NCBI RefSeq assembly: GCF_040938485.1
Contig: NW_027271671.1
Location: 868,001-932,000, forward strand
Source of the DNA: Diadema antillarum
Taxonomy: Eukaryota
Length of the DNA stretch: 64,000 nucleotides
Direction of reading: 5' to 3'
A model generated the notes under the pieces. That model was not told the origin of the DNA, searched no databases, and saw only the letters and a program-made list of their open reading frames with translations. Shown here in pieces: positions 26,882-40,250 of this stretch. The position numbers were made by a program, and so were the translations under genes. How positions within the stretch are numbered: the first letter of the stretch is position 1; the number at the start of each line of letters is the position of its first letter.

Positions 26882-27180
26882 ATTCAATTCAATTCAATTC
26901 AATAGTTTATCTATTTCCATTAAAAATACAGGATACAAAGCGGTACATGTGTCATTTTGACTTTCACCCAGTTGGGAAGGACAGATCATTGAACACGATA
27001 TAAAATATGTGCACAAATGGTATTACACGTATAACGAAATACAAGGAACAAGTCACACTTTGCCATTGTAATCAAAAGGAAGTATTCTTAACAATGGAAA
27101 GAGTGTTCCACTAAAAAGCTAAGCTTGTAGGACATGGAACACTCAAAAGAAAACACACAGCAACACCGATATCTGACTAA
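26882..27180 (-). mobile_element. 3' UTR fragment of an L2/CR1-group LINE
   Basis: The minus strand has the stem-loop GTGTTCCA...CTACAAGCTTAGCTTTT...TGGAACAC (27103-27142) and ends GATAAACTA(TTGAA)4. Confidence 0.6.
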
Positions 27181-27735
27181 TATGACGTATTTATGCATTT
27201 ATCTATACTTGCAATACCACTCTACAGTGTCCTTATCTATATCTCAAGATCTTTTATTACTTGTAGTACTTTGGGTTTTGTGGCCGTGTTTTTGGACCAA
27301 TGTGGGATTCATATTTAGTTGAGTGGTTTGATCAGTGATGTTCCCTGAAGAGCATTCACATCTTATGATGAAAGGCAGTAAAACAAACAAACAAATAAAC
27401 AAACAGGCAAATGCACACTTGCCACTCATGGCGAAAAACTTGCCCATACCACTCAGGTTATCTAAATGAAGTGCAATTTGGCTGTGCTACTTCCAGATCT
27501 AGAGAAGATAAGTTTTGAAATCTGCACATCTTAAGCCTTTAGGGGCATGTCATTGAGCTTATAGATCAGGACCGTATATATAATTTTAACAAATTTGTAT
27601 GCCCAGTCTCTAAAAACCGATTCCTGTCACTTCAATTTTGATGAAACTTAATTACGCAATTGAGTGGAAAGTATGAATGTGTGAATGTAGCTAAGAATCT
27701 AACGGTATACTTTGTGTGGTTGTTGATCTAGGTGT

Positions 27736-27779
<44 letters not shown>

Positions 27780-29689
27780 TAAGAAGAGGAGGAAAAAGAA
27801 GAGAGTCAACGGACGCACGAGGCATGACTGACGAAAACCAACAGCAGCAGTTCACTCGAGGTGTTAACAGTTGGAGAAACAGACAAAGGGGGAGGATTGG
27901 CACGGAGAAACCAAGCAGACGAAGAACAAAGATAACGTTGAGGAATCTCAGGTTTGCTTCAATGCACAAATAAATTCCACTGCACTGTGTCTTAAATTTT
28001 CTCATCTTCCCGTCAAGAGCATTTTCCAGTAAAGAAGAAGAATGCGAAATGCGAGAATTGGTACAGGTCAAGAGAATAAATTCCTACTGTTGATCTTGTT
28101 CATACGAAGTTCAGAAAGTCTTTTCGTTCACGATAGACTCCCCCTGTCAGTGTGGTTATATTGTGAGAGTCATCACGGCTACAGGCAGGGCGGGACTGAT
28201 GTGTTCCCGCCAACAGACAAGTGGCTAAAGGCGCACCACTGGTAGGCAAAAATATAATAAGCTGCCTTACCCACAATAATCATTAACCTATTGATGTCGC
28301 TTTATTTTACTGACGAGGAAATCCGTTTCAGATTATCTCGAGAAAAACATGTAATACGTCAGTGATTTGGTATCGGTACACTTGTATCACCTTTTTGTCC
28401 TACACTATACAATGACGATCAACCCCAACTTTAGAGGTATAGAGCGTGATTGCATAATGATGTAAGTGCAAAAAAACAACAACCCTACTTCAACATGTAT
28501 GGAAGTTTTGTACTCCTTTAAAAGGAAGTACACGTGCAACAGTGTATCTGTGGGCTAGTTTAGCAAAGACTTGACAGGACGAAAACAAACTTTGTCTCCA
28601 CACCTTTACCTTGGGATGTAATCTGAGTACTCCGTGTAACGGTCGTCCAGAGATGGTATTCATTCATACGACTCAACACGTGTGAATAAACATTATGGTT
28701 TTAAAGCATTGTGGCGCATACTTCTTTAGGCAACATACCTTTCCATTACTCTACACATAAACTACAGGCAAAAGATATTAGGAGTCTCTAACAACCGCAT
28801 TTCGACGTGTGATCGGAAGTTACAGCTATCGGAAACTGGTTAGATCTATTTTACTTTAAAGGATACTATGTTTTAAAATTGTAAAATCAGACACACACAC
28901 ACAAAAAAAAAAAAAACTTTCATTCATGTCAAAAATTACACGAAAAAGAAAGTGATGTGGCTCGTTATTTTCATTCAATTTAGAATATTCCGCGCTTTCC
29001 TTTGAGCGCTGTTACCCGCTAACGTATTCCGCGACGATTCATTGAATTCATTTTGTCTGACGGTATGTCTGGGTTGGGAAGAGCATGGATGCGTTCCATT
29101 ATTCATACAAGCTGAAGTGGTTCAACGTGAAAGTAATACACCATGACGGCCTGTCACACCGTTCGAAACGCAATCGAGATGTCATCTCCGAGATTCAGAC
29201 ATGTCGCTGATAGTCAGCCGTATATTAAGACAAATAAAGAGCGAGTGATACAGGCCTGTCGACGCCTCAGTTGCTAAATAGAGGCTTAATACTCACTGGG
29301 TCGCGGAAGGTCACCGTGCTCAGTATCTACGCCTCGTCTTTGCTGTAGTGATTGAGTTGGTACGTCCAGATGGCCCGCTTAAGTTATTACATTTAATTAT
29401 CCCTTTCTTTTCATAATAATCGTACGTTGCCATGAATAACAACGCTGGAAAAATAAGAGTGACCGCAATAACCGTGATAACAATAACGTATTGATGATGA
29501 TTGTGACAAATATCACTATCATATCATAATAGTACACAATGATGGATAATTAAAGACTGTTTACAGCAATGTCGCAAAACTAGCTATAATAATCATTATA
29601 GTTGCTATGTATACATTTTAAGTATGTATGGAAAGCTTCTTATAGGTACAGCACCTGATTTGTTATAATTCTTATTTGCAGTGCTGCTT

Positions 29690-29696
29690 TTGTTGT

Positions 29697-29754
<58 letters not shown>

Positions 29755-29755
29755 G
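29690..29755. repeat. (TTG)n microsatellite
   Basis: Visible trinucleotide run. Confidence 0.97.
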
Positions 29756-30423
29756 AAGTACAGTAGTATGGCAAATTATATCATATTGCTGTCTTAAGGG
29801 ACTGAGGCATTCTCCAGTGTACATATAACGTATCTATCACGCAGTATGAGCCTGCATGATGCTTATTGTTTTTTAACTCACAATTTGCTTTTTCTAGTCC
29901 GAAGTGGTCATGATGCAGGCATAGGTAACGATGCTGCTCATTTCGGTCTACCGTGTATGTCTAGCTCCAAAGAATGGCCTTCTTCGATATCAATCTTCTT
30001 CAGTACTTAGCATTCATGGAGAATGCTAATGTTGCTTACGGCTCCCTCGTTCCATTACAGTAAAAGGAAGAGGGGCGGAATCCATTTGGGTCGTCTCAGA
30101 CTGTGGAAAATGACAATCTTTGCATAAAATATGAAATGGGCCCTAAAATATAGATCCGATATTATAACACAACGCAGGCTCACGTACGAAAACTTGTTTT
30201 CATCACGTGCACCCTTATTGTTTATATCTTCGAGGCGAACTTCGTGCAATTTGAACCGAGCTTAAAAGACCGACAGTTTATAATCATAAACACATATAAA
30301 CATTTGAAGAAATTAAATCCATCATATCAACAAGGATAAGAAATGAATAACGAATGCGTTCAAATATGCTAGACAAAGAGTTAGAGCTCGACAGAAAGAC
30401 GAAATATCTCCTCACGCACTTAC

Positions 30424-30637
30424 GACTCAGTATTTGTAATGACAGAGACTGCCTTTCCTGCATCAGGGGAAAAAGTTTGCTGTCATCTCCTCTTTCTCTT
30501 CTTCTTTTGCAGACAAAAGACAAATCATGTTTCCCTCGTGCCGTTCCTTCTGCTGTCTTTGCCTTCGGCAAGATCACTGAAGACCTCACCCTTTTGTTGT
30601 TGGAGCCCCGTCTACCCAAACATGAAAGAACATCCAT
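30424..30637 (-). CDS. Candidate coding exon of an unidentified gene (MDVLSCLGRRGSNNKRVRSS...QILS)
   Basis: Open frame from an ATG to a consensus GTAAGT donor (plus-strand ACTTAC at 30418-23). No homology recognised. Confidence 0.2.
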
Positions 30638-33600
30638 CTCATGAGTATGAAAATGGTTCAAACAACGGCATGTCACTTTCCCCTCACTCTCCATGCCAGT
30701 CAAAACATGACTAATTTACAATTTACAACTGCATTATTTGTAACAACTCACCTAGTTCGTTGGCTTGTTTAAATACTTCTGGATATTCCATTCGATATTG
30801 TCTCAACGACGTATCTGAAACTATGTATATGAACACACATTTTATGATAAAAGCTGTGGTAAAGTTTATCCTGATGTCAAGTCAACACATTGAATCACTT
30901 GCTATCACTGGCTATAAAGCAGGGTTGATGTTGTTGTTTTTTTTTTGCCTAGGTTACAATGTTTCTTCGAAACGTGAGTTTCAAAACATGGTTAATGACA
31001 GAGCGATAGGCCTATCAAGTCATTACATCTCCAATATACGAGATATTCGAAGACTCTTGAAAAGATATTTTCGCATCTCTACCCTTGTATATTTATATAT
31101 GACTCGTATCTGACAATTTCCAAAAATTAATCCGTAAAAACCATCTTCAAACCATCATTTGAAATCATTTACCCTTTAATTTAACCGAAAAAAAAATATT
31201 ATAGCCAACAAATACTTTTTCTTTTCAAGTTGCTTAATATACATGAATCTCCTCCGCAAACCCTACCTATTGTGTGAAGGCATCTGTCGGGATGATAAAT
31301 TCAAATTGCTATTTCTGGGTTTTTTTTTAATCTAATATTTACAGAATGTACAATCACATGGATCAGTCATGACTTGGCGAGAGGATATTTCTATAATTTT
31401 TGTTGTTATTGTTTGTGTTGTTGTCATGTAGAGCGTTTCTGCCATATAGACAACTCTGGTAATTCATTGACTTTTGAGATTCCAATGTACATACAGGGAT
31501 TCTTTTGTAACAAAATGATTGATCTTTACAAGGCGAAAATGTAGTGATTATAAGGTAAAAAGTCCATGATAATTTTAGAAAGAGTGTATTTTCATCATCG
31601 ATTCTTTTTTGTATATTATTTACCTGAATTTGACAGCATGTAACATAATAGGGCAAATTGTTCTACAAATAAAAGTGTGATGACGATAGATAACTGCCAT
31701 GGGCAGTTATCAATCCACCGAACAGCCACTCCAAGCGAACGCCAGACAGCTGCCAGAGACCAAGCAAACCCAGGTTGAAAAGAAACATACGCGACAATGT
31801 GCCGACATGCCCATCTCTACTAAAGCCAAAGAGCCGTACACTTTATAGACGGATCATGACACTAGCCCCCTAGGCCACATAGTCCTTTGACGAGTATGCA
31901 TGGACAGTGAAATTAGATTTGTTTCGTATATTTTGTGTCGAATTCTTTAGCAGTATACCTTTGAAAACAACCCAGCATGATGAGAAACGCTCAAGCTATA
32001 CAATCGACAACCGTCTTCTGCAGACAGTACGTTTCATGGCACTGGCCGAGAGTATGTTTCATGTTTTGACTGCTTGCATAATTGCACATCAAATAAAGAT
32101 GTTAATATTGATTTCTATTCGCATGTGAATATTATAACCTCTAGTGAATACACTATAGTATCCAAATCAACCAAAGTTCGTCGCTCTTGTTTTGTGGAAT
32201 CAATAGGAATATCATGACTGCCATAATATCGGATGCAGAGTATGGCTACAATACCCAAACTGAGCTTTCGGCCTTAACTAGTCACCGACCACCGCGATTC
32301 CTAGTGCATCACTGAACCCCACAAGAAGGGCGTGGCGCCATTTTATACCGGCCTCACACTCTCGCACTATAACCTGCCCATCGCCCACCCGCTCTTCGCC
32401 CCCTCTTGCAGCAAGGCTTAATGTGCAATGTCTGGTTTCGAATAACCCGCGTAATACATTGTGTACATGGAGAAATGTCTGTGTTCACACGAGTGCAGCC
32501 GAGCTTTGAAGCTGTACTCGGCGAACTATCAAACAAGCTCACTCTCTCTTTCTCTCTCTGGGAAAAAAAAAATCACTTGTTACTTTACGAAACGCGACAA
32601 ACCCAGCAAATGGAAGGTCAATGCTTGAGGCTGTGAACTTCTCAACCTTGAATGCAAATCAGATGCGAATCAGGTCTGTCAGATTATAGAGTGGAAGAGA
32701 TTATTGAAGTGTTATAGCAACAGCTTGACACGATTTTGTGACATTTATCAATAGTCAAACAAGAAACAAGAAGTAGACTGGGCGCTGTAATGTGAATGTA
32801 GACCCCGTCAGTAACGTATAGGTCTACTTCGCCTTAACATATAGACATGCTGTAAGTTTGAAATTCGTAGACGAGTGTTGTTGTCTTAAGTGTATTTTGT
32901 TCTCGTCATGTGTCTCTCTAGACATTCGTTGGTAGCACCGAAATGCTTCAACGTAATTCAACCTGCGCGTCGCATACTTTTTCATCCTACGCAAGCTTCG
33001 TTTTTTTGTTTTTTTTTGGAGAAATTGCCTCATCAAAGAACTATCCATGGCGACATGAAGAAAGTATAGGACGTTACATTTTTTGTTCAATTTTTAAGTC
33101 AACATAATTTGTTGCAGTTGTCTATTTATTTCTACATCATGTATTTTTGACCCCAACAAAATTATACTTTCAAGAGTGATATTTGGTATCACCTTCTTTT
33201 TTATTCTTTCCAGCTTAAAGTGCGAATACAAGTTTGTGATTTTATTTGATGTAACATGATTCAGTAAACTACGTCACTCGCACTTAGTCTTCCATTTTAG
33301 TCTCCATGTCGATCATTGTAAGCGCACAACATTTATGTCCCAAATTGTAGCCTACATGAGTAAGAATATTGATTTAATAGTATTTAATCACCGACACTAA
33401 TTCACAAGTAGTAAATCTTCAACCAAAACTTTACCTGGGCTTTGTGTCATCTTGAGAAACACTGACACATCGGTGCATTTGCTTTTCAGTCGGCCCATAA
33501 CAGTAAAGGTTGGGCAAGCACGTTCAAAGCGCGAATAAAAGTTTGATTTTTCGATGAACTGACATCGGATATACTACCACAGCGAAATAGCCCGCAACAT

Positions 33601-36133
33601 TTTGCATGTGGTAACTCCCATTAACCCGGACACAGAGAGTATTTAATCTTGTAATGATCTACTTACCCCCTTTTATAAGCAGCTGAAATACGCGTGCCGC
33701 TGAATTTTGCAAAGTCGCTCGTAATCATGCAGTATCCCGCACGCTTGAAAGCACCTCTGCTTTATATACTAACCATTTCTGTACCAATGAGTCGAGTGTG
33801 TACAAATTTCATACATTTACCTATGGAGAGGGATTAATTTGGCATGGAGAGGCGTTAGGAAAGACCGACCTCACAAGCGACATCGCATTTAAAGACACAG
33901 TTAAATTGAATACGATAGGGACGTTAGCCACCGGGCTTTACTTGGTTTCGATTTACTAATGGCCACTGCCCCATGGAACGCGAAACCACCAATCCTTCGA
34001 GACTTTTACCATGATGGTATGGAGGACAATTTTTATCTAAGGAGTATATGCGAAGATTTCTTCTTATTTCTTCCGTTATTTGCCGCGAAAAAGAGGAGTA
34101 CTGCTATGTCACGAAGTGATTGCACTCTAACAGACGAGTCACGTTTAACCTTGATGGGAAGTGAGGAAAGAGAAGTCTCTTTCTTCGATTTTTGTGTCTC
34201 GGCTGCTGATCATATAAGTCTTCTAATGGCATCTGTCACTAGAAAATCCTAGCTCAGCTGTGGGAATATTGTCTTACTCTCATGTAATCGAGATCACATT
34301 CCTGCCTATAAAGTTCACTTATTACATTAAAGTTTGGTAACTATATGCCTATATATTACATTGGCAATTCGTCTTTCAAACATTTCATCACGCACTAGGT
34401 TAACGAGCCTTCAGATCAGATATAAAAATCATTTATTTAAGACAATGAAAGACTGGATTACACACGTAAGTACATAAGTCTTTGTAAGAACACTTGAAAT
34501 TAGCACTATTTAGTTTACTAGTTGGAACCATTCGGGGCAGAGCTGGACTGAAAAAAAAGAAGTTATGAACACATGCTATTCGGATGTAAATGTTACTATG
34601 TGATGACGTAAAAATTTGTGGATAATCAAATGATTTAGGTGGTATAGTTTTGCATTTGGAACTGTGTTTTCAAGGACTGTTTTTTCAGCTGTTGCAGCTG
34701 TTAGTAGACTCCTTACTTTAATTCTATCGATTTTCAAATTTGCTGGATTCTTACTTTCAACGTTTACTTTACAGGTATTTACGTATAGCAGAGTGCTGAT
34801 TTAATTCATGAATGTCATTTTCCTTTTCATTTCATTCAGTTGTACTTTTATATGCACACAATATACTTGTATATTACAAACGACTAATTAACAGTTTATT
34901 CCCTGTTACATAATAATTTGCAGTGTAAAGATTTTGACTCACATGTGAATGTTTGTTTTTTTTTCGATTGTTCATTATTATTTTCCTTCAAAACAGCAGC
35001 ACTTTTATTCTTACCGCGAGTTGGTGCTCATGGTGGAGGACCAGCATTGACAACCGTGTGCTCTCAATAGAACACTGGGGATTATTGAGATTTTGAAGAC
35101 ACAATTTAAAAAAGTGTACAAATTATAACAATATTTATGACAATATATGTAGTAATCTAATCCGACTTCTTTCGTTGCACTCCTGCTTGTCTGAAGAATT
35201 TCTCCCATACTATCCTATCGCAGATGTCCATTAACCACGAATTTAATAGAAATAAAGATCAAGAATCAAGAAAGCAGGAATCGTCTCTTGTTGATACGTA
35301 TTTAGTTCTGTCATTTTAGAAGCAAAAATTCGCTCACGCTATAGTAGTCAATAGGAAATGGAAGGCTCTTTCGTTGAATACACATGTAAATGCTGGGTAA
35401 TGTCCCTGTAGTTTATGTATGCAGCCTTAATGGAGTCGGGGTGTGTCAATCAAAGCAATTTCAATAACCAACTTTGCGTATCTCGTCATTACAGGCAATG
35501 AAGCCACGCGGATTGTTATTCCATACGTGTAACATGAATCACCCGAGCGCGAAGCACAAACATTTTGCGACCACAGATAGTGTAGCGTTATTGGACAATT
35601 TTTCATGATAATAAGACAAAGGAAAAGAGTCAGAGAGAGAGAGAGTGAATGAAGAGAAGGGGGGTGGGGAGAGAGAGACCTGGAAGGGAAAGGCGAGGAT
35701 GTGATTTCGAAATAATCGTTACTGTATCATATTCCTATATATTCGGCTCATCCGTGATTCTGGTCATTTAACTACGGTCAAAATGAGTCTATATCTGTAG
35801 ATCTGAAAGTCCCCGCGATGATTTGAAAGTGAGACAGTAAAGCTATCTGTCTCTTTTCTTTTCGAAAGAAAGTGTAAACAACCAGCATTTAATGCATAAT
35901 CAAATGAAATCAATACCCTGTCAACGCGATCACTCCATTGCGCCATAATACATGATATCTCAAGTGTCTGTCGTATAGTCTCTCTACAAAACGGGAGAAG
36001 ACGACAGACACAAATCAGTGGTGATGATGCACAGGGAGAGCTATGAGAGTAATTTGATGAGACGAAGTGAAAGGATATGCATCGACAGATAATAAGGAAA
36101 CAGTGAGAGAATGGAACGAAGTTTACCTTACAG

Positions 36134-36344
36134 TCCATCCGACCACGAACAACTGTTGTGGCGCCACCGCTTCACCGTATTCAGCAACACAATGAATTCC
36201 AAGCGTATTGTTCCCAGGGAAGAGATTCGTCGAGCGGACGAAGAACGTGAGCTGACGGAAACACACGGGATTCGTAATTCAACTTCAACTTGGACTCCCA
36301 CACCTAAAGATTTGTTTTTGAGTAGCGGCTGGAAGCTTCCCCTC
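36134..36344 (+). CDS. Candidate exon of an unidentified gene (...MNSKRIVPREEIRRADEERELTE...GWKLPL)
   Basis: Acceptor TTTACCTTACAG, consensus donor GTAAGT at 36345, and exactly one frame open through the 211 nt. Confidence 0.25.
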
Positions 36345-38189
36345 GTAAGTGATGCTATAAAAAAGCGGACAAGCACTTTTGAGCGCCAACTCACCAGGTT
36401 GGCTGAACATCACTTGACTAGTCTTGCGACTCAGCCCCTATAAATGGCGACGCCGCGCTGTAGTGAGTGCATCAGACACGAGATCTTTCTAATCTACTGA
36501 AGACAGTCAGATGTTAGGTATTCAGTGATCATGGGAATATTTCATGAGACCGTTCGTAGAATGTCTCCTGTCTGACTAGCCCACCACAGTTAGAGTCACC
36601 GAGTTCAGAAATTCACGACATGGTTGTAAAAGATAATCATTATTGAACAGAATAGCGCCGATCAAGATTGGGGTACTTGGTATCTTGTCAAACCTCTTGA
36701 AAGTGACATCGAACGCACATTGCGTTGGCATCGAGTTGCCAACGAGCACGGTGTGCTGCAAAGCGACTAGTATCATCCCGACTGACATACGCAACTCCCA
36801 CCTCTTTTAGAGCCTGGTCGTTGGCCAATCCGTCAGTGCGTTTTAATTACGATGTCACTCCTTTAACCCCCCCCCCCCCTCCAATCCTTCCTGCAGTAGT
36901 TCCTCTTCTAAACTGAGCTCTTCTCCTCGCTACAATGAACATGAGATGACCAAGCAAGCATGCAGCAGTTGTCTATTTTGAATACCGAGAATCTCATCCC
37001 ACACTTCCTTAGCCTCTCGACATGTCGTCTCTTCAAATTACCTAAAAATAGTCATTTTCAAGATTTTGCCCCAGATTTCGCCCGAAGATGCGAACAGTGG
37101 CAGAGTACAGTCATTCTTCCATAACGGTGACATCTGCAAAATGTTTGTAAGAGCAGACAGTGGGAGAGAAGCACAAAAAAAAAAACATTAAAATTTGAAG
37201 GTTCAGCACCCCGAGTATTTCACAAAGTTCAAGCGACGAATGATCATACCCTTCCTCAAAGGGTTGCTACCGTGAAGTCGCAACAAAGAGTAAAACTCTA
37301 AGAACCATTTACAAGCTACTTCAGTCATATTAGTCTTATTAGTGTAATTGCCGTAGAGTCAAAAAAGAAGAAGAAAAGAACGAAAAGTATGAATGTTGAT
37401 GGGGTGGGGGTGGGGGGTGGGGGAGGAGATTTGCCGGATCAACAGCAACATCACCTCCACTGGTATCGTCATTTTCATCACACTTTTATCAAATACATGT
37501 CTTAGGGAAAAGCCATAACTTAAAGCAAAATGATAACGTCGATCATATTGAGAAGTTGGTTTTTTTTTAAGTGTTTTTTAAAACCCCATGGAAATGTCGG
37601 TGAACGACCATGAAACACTAACTTAACGCAAGTCGGCCTATTTTCTGTGGAACTTATTGACCCAATTTATGTGAATACCTGAGAATGTTTGAATGCCAAA
37701 CCCCATATACAGAGCCCGAAAATAAAATTATTGGATGAAATCGTGCAGTTGTAATGGCAGCGTCAAAAAAAAAAAATCCATCGAATATGAAAGTAATGTG
37801 TTGTTACCACGTTATACAGAGTGTTCCAAAAAAGTAACCGAAGTTCAAAGGTCAGCTATGTCAAGAATACTTGGTTTATTCTTAAGTAATGTTTACTAAA
37901 ATGCAAAGTGGCTCATCAGCTTTAATTTGACACCTTGCTTGCGCCACATATTGTCACGGATCACAGAGTTAGGGTTCTTCGAAGGTGAAGGGTACTTACT
38001 CTTTTCCAAGTTTTTGGTATGTAAGATATGAAACCAACTTTTCTGTAATTTTTTTTTTTTTTTTGGTTTCATCGTTTGTTGGTTTGTTTTTCGCACCAAG
38101 TTTTAATGAAATGCTTTCCCCTCTGTTAACATTTTGCGAGTGACTGTAATTTACAATCTCTGGTGAGCACATCATTCAGCCCTTACCTT

Positions 38190-39294
38190 TTATGCACCAA
38201 CACCTTCGACGTGTCCCCTCCCCTGTCGACACAAAGCTGTGAACAACGCTGCATGTATCGCACTGCTCTCCTAACCATTGCGGGATCATGGCGAAGAAGA
38301 TCGATCTCATGCTGAATACGCGCCTGCAAGTCATCCAGATCACGTGGTGGGGATGTTTATACCCTGCTATTTAGGTATCCCCAGAGGAAGAAGTCACAGG
38401 GTGTCAAGTCAGGAGATCGTGGAGGCCTTTTCACCTCATGATTTAGAGCTGTTATGCGTTGACCAAATAGCTCTAACAGCCTCTCACGGACAGCTCGAAG
38501 ACAGTGAGCTGGAGCACCATCCTGTACCCACCAAAGATGCCGGAACTCTCCTCGATCCTGTCTTTCAAAGTTTTCTTCCAGCTAGGGCACAATGTCCTCA
38601 TTGATCAAGTCTAAGTACATGCTACCATTCATGTTTCTGCTCAAGAAGAATGTTCAAATCATTTGGCCACTTCCACACACTCCATTTTTGTCTGCTCATG
38701 TTTACTTCGTAATTGAACTCTGGTGGATATCCGGCAATTGCGTACTCCATGGCATTATGGGTGTTCACTTTCATGTCCACGCGAAGTGCGGCTTCATTGC
38801 CAACAGCATGTTTCCGCAGGAATATATTGGCATCGCCTTCAATCCTGCCCAGGAGCCACCTCGAAAAGCTGAGCCTCCTCTAGAAATCCCTCTCCAGCAG
38901 TTGATAACCCTCATGCACTTTGTAAGGATACATGTTAAGATCCATGATCGTGCAATACGAATATGGAAAGTTGTCGGCCTTATCAGTAAACCATTACGGC
39001 GTGCAGTACCGTTGGTGGTCCTTGGATGGGCCTCCAGTTGTCTCCTGACAGCCTCAATGTTTTCTGAGCATTTCCCGCTCCTCCTCCTGCCAGAAATTAC
39101 CCTTGTTTCTGTTAGTGTTAAGACAAGTTCCGTATTGTTGGTATTTGCGCACATTCGCCCAAGATAGTCTTTCTGGATGGAGGATCTCTGTCTGGGAAGC
39201 GCAAACAGAATGCTCCCCTTATATCCATTATGCTACCGGTACGGTGAAATGTTGTCACCACAAATGTCCATTGCACAACAGTAAATCGCACCAT
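38190..39294 (-). pseudogene. DD41D transposase pseudogene (N-terminal DUF4817-like HTH)
   Basis: MVRFTVVQ...RFPDRDPPSRKTI, ENIEAVRRQLEAHP, YPYK, WWVQDGAPAH and PPRSPDLTPCDFFLWGYL. There are 41 residues between the 2nd and 3rd catalytic D. The first D reads N (GNEA). Several stops and frameshifts. Confidence 0.92.
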
Positions 39295-39507
39295 GATCAG
39301 ATATCATTTGCTGTCTACTGTTACATGAAGACTGCACTTGTCCCACTTGAAGACTTACAACCAAGTGATGTTTACTTACCTGACCTTGCTGCCAGGGCAA
39401 TAGGCTGTTACATGACAATGTAGCAAATAAATACCATTCTTTAAGAGGATATGGGCCTGCGCTCTCCTGACATTGCAGCTGGAAATTTACCCCGATACAT
39501 GACATTA

Positions 39508-39700
39508 GGCGTTTTCACATCAGCCCAATGTTTCGATATAGCGAGCTATTTTCTGACTTGGGAAATTAACCCGATCACGAAATAGCGCGCTATTTGATAA
39601 TGTTCGGGCTGATGCGAATAGGAAATGAAATAGCGCGCTAATTTGCGATCGCGAAAAATATCTCGAGCCTGGATTTTTATCGGGCTGATGTAAAAACGCC
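39508..39700. mobile_element. Small MITE nested in the mariner element (PIF/Harbinger-like ends)
   Basis: TIR GGCGTTTTCACATCAGCCC / GGGCTGATGTAAAAACGCC, flanked by TTA and TAT. Internal repeats of GAAATAGCGCGCTA. Confidence 0.7.
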
Positions 39701-40230
39701 TATGTGAAACAATGTCAATTATTCGAGAAAAAGAAAATGCGGGGTTGTGCGTACCTGACATTGCAGCAGGGTAATTACCCGCTGAATGAAAATGTAGCAT
39801 CAATGCCACTCATCTCTTATTTTTATTCAATGCAATGAATGTAGGAAAGGATGTGTTCAACAGAGATTGCACCTAGACACTGGTCATGTAAAATTACATT
39901 CACTAGCAAAAAGTTAACAGAGGAAATAGCATTTCATTAAAACTTGGTGTGGAAAAAAAAATTGCGATGAAACCAAAAAAACTTACCGGCAGAAAAGTTG
40001 GTTTCGTACCTTTAACCAAATCTTTGAAAAAATGGGTTTTGTAACTTTCACCTTCGAAGGACCCTAACTCTCACATCCGTGACAATGGTGACGCAAGCAA
40101 GGTGTCAAATTAAAGCTGATGAGTTATTTCGTATTGTAGTAAACATTTCACAAGAATACACGATGCATTCTTGACAAAGCTGACCTTTGAACTTCGGTTA
40201 CGTTTTTTTAGAAACACACTGTACTAGTCG

Positions 40231-40250
40231 TGCCAATAGGGGGCGCAGTG
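40231..40250 (+). promoter_or_regulatory. CTCF-like motif TGCCAATAGGGGGCGCAGTG
   Basis: Close match to the CTCF core consensus CCASYAGRKGGCRC. Binding untested. Confidence 0.4.

Larger units (their letters stand above)
37817..40221 (-). mobile_element. Tc1/mariner DNA transposon, DD41D (rosa/Visitor) family, long TIRs
   Basis: TA TSD on both sides. Imperfect TIRs of ~340 bp (37817-38155, 39887-40221) beginning CAGAGTGTTCCAAAAAAGTAACCGAAGTTCAAAGGTCAGCT. Contains a decayed transposase. Confidence 0.92.

Noticed and set aside
28310-28330. CTGACGA-GGAAATCC hammerhead-like start
   Set aside because: Followed by GTTT instead of GAAA.
29148-29255. Short inverted repeat GGCCTGTCAC / GTGATACAGGCC
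   Set aside because: Too short and imperfect, with no TSD, to call a MITE.
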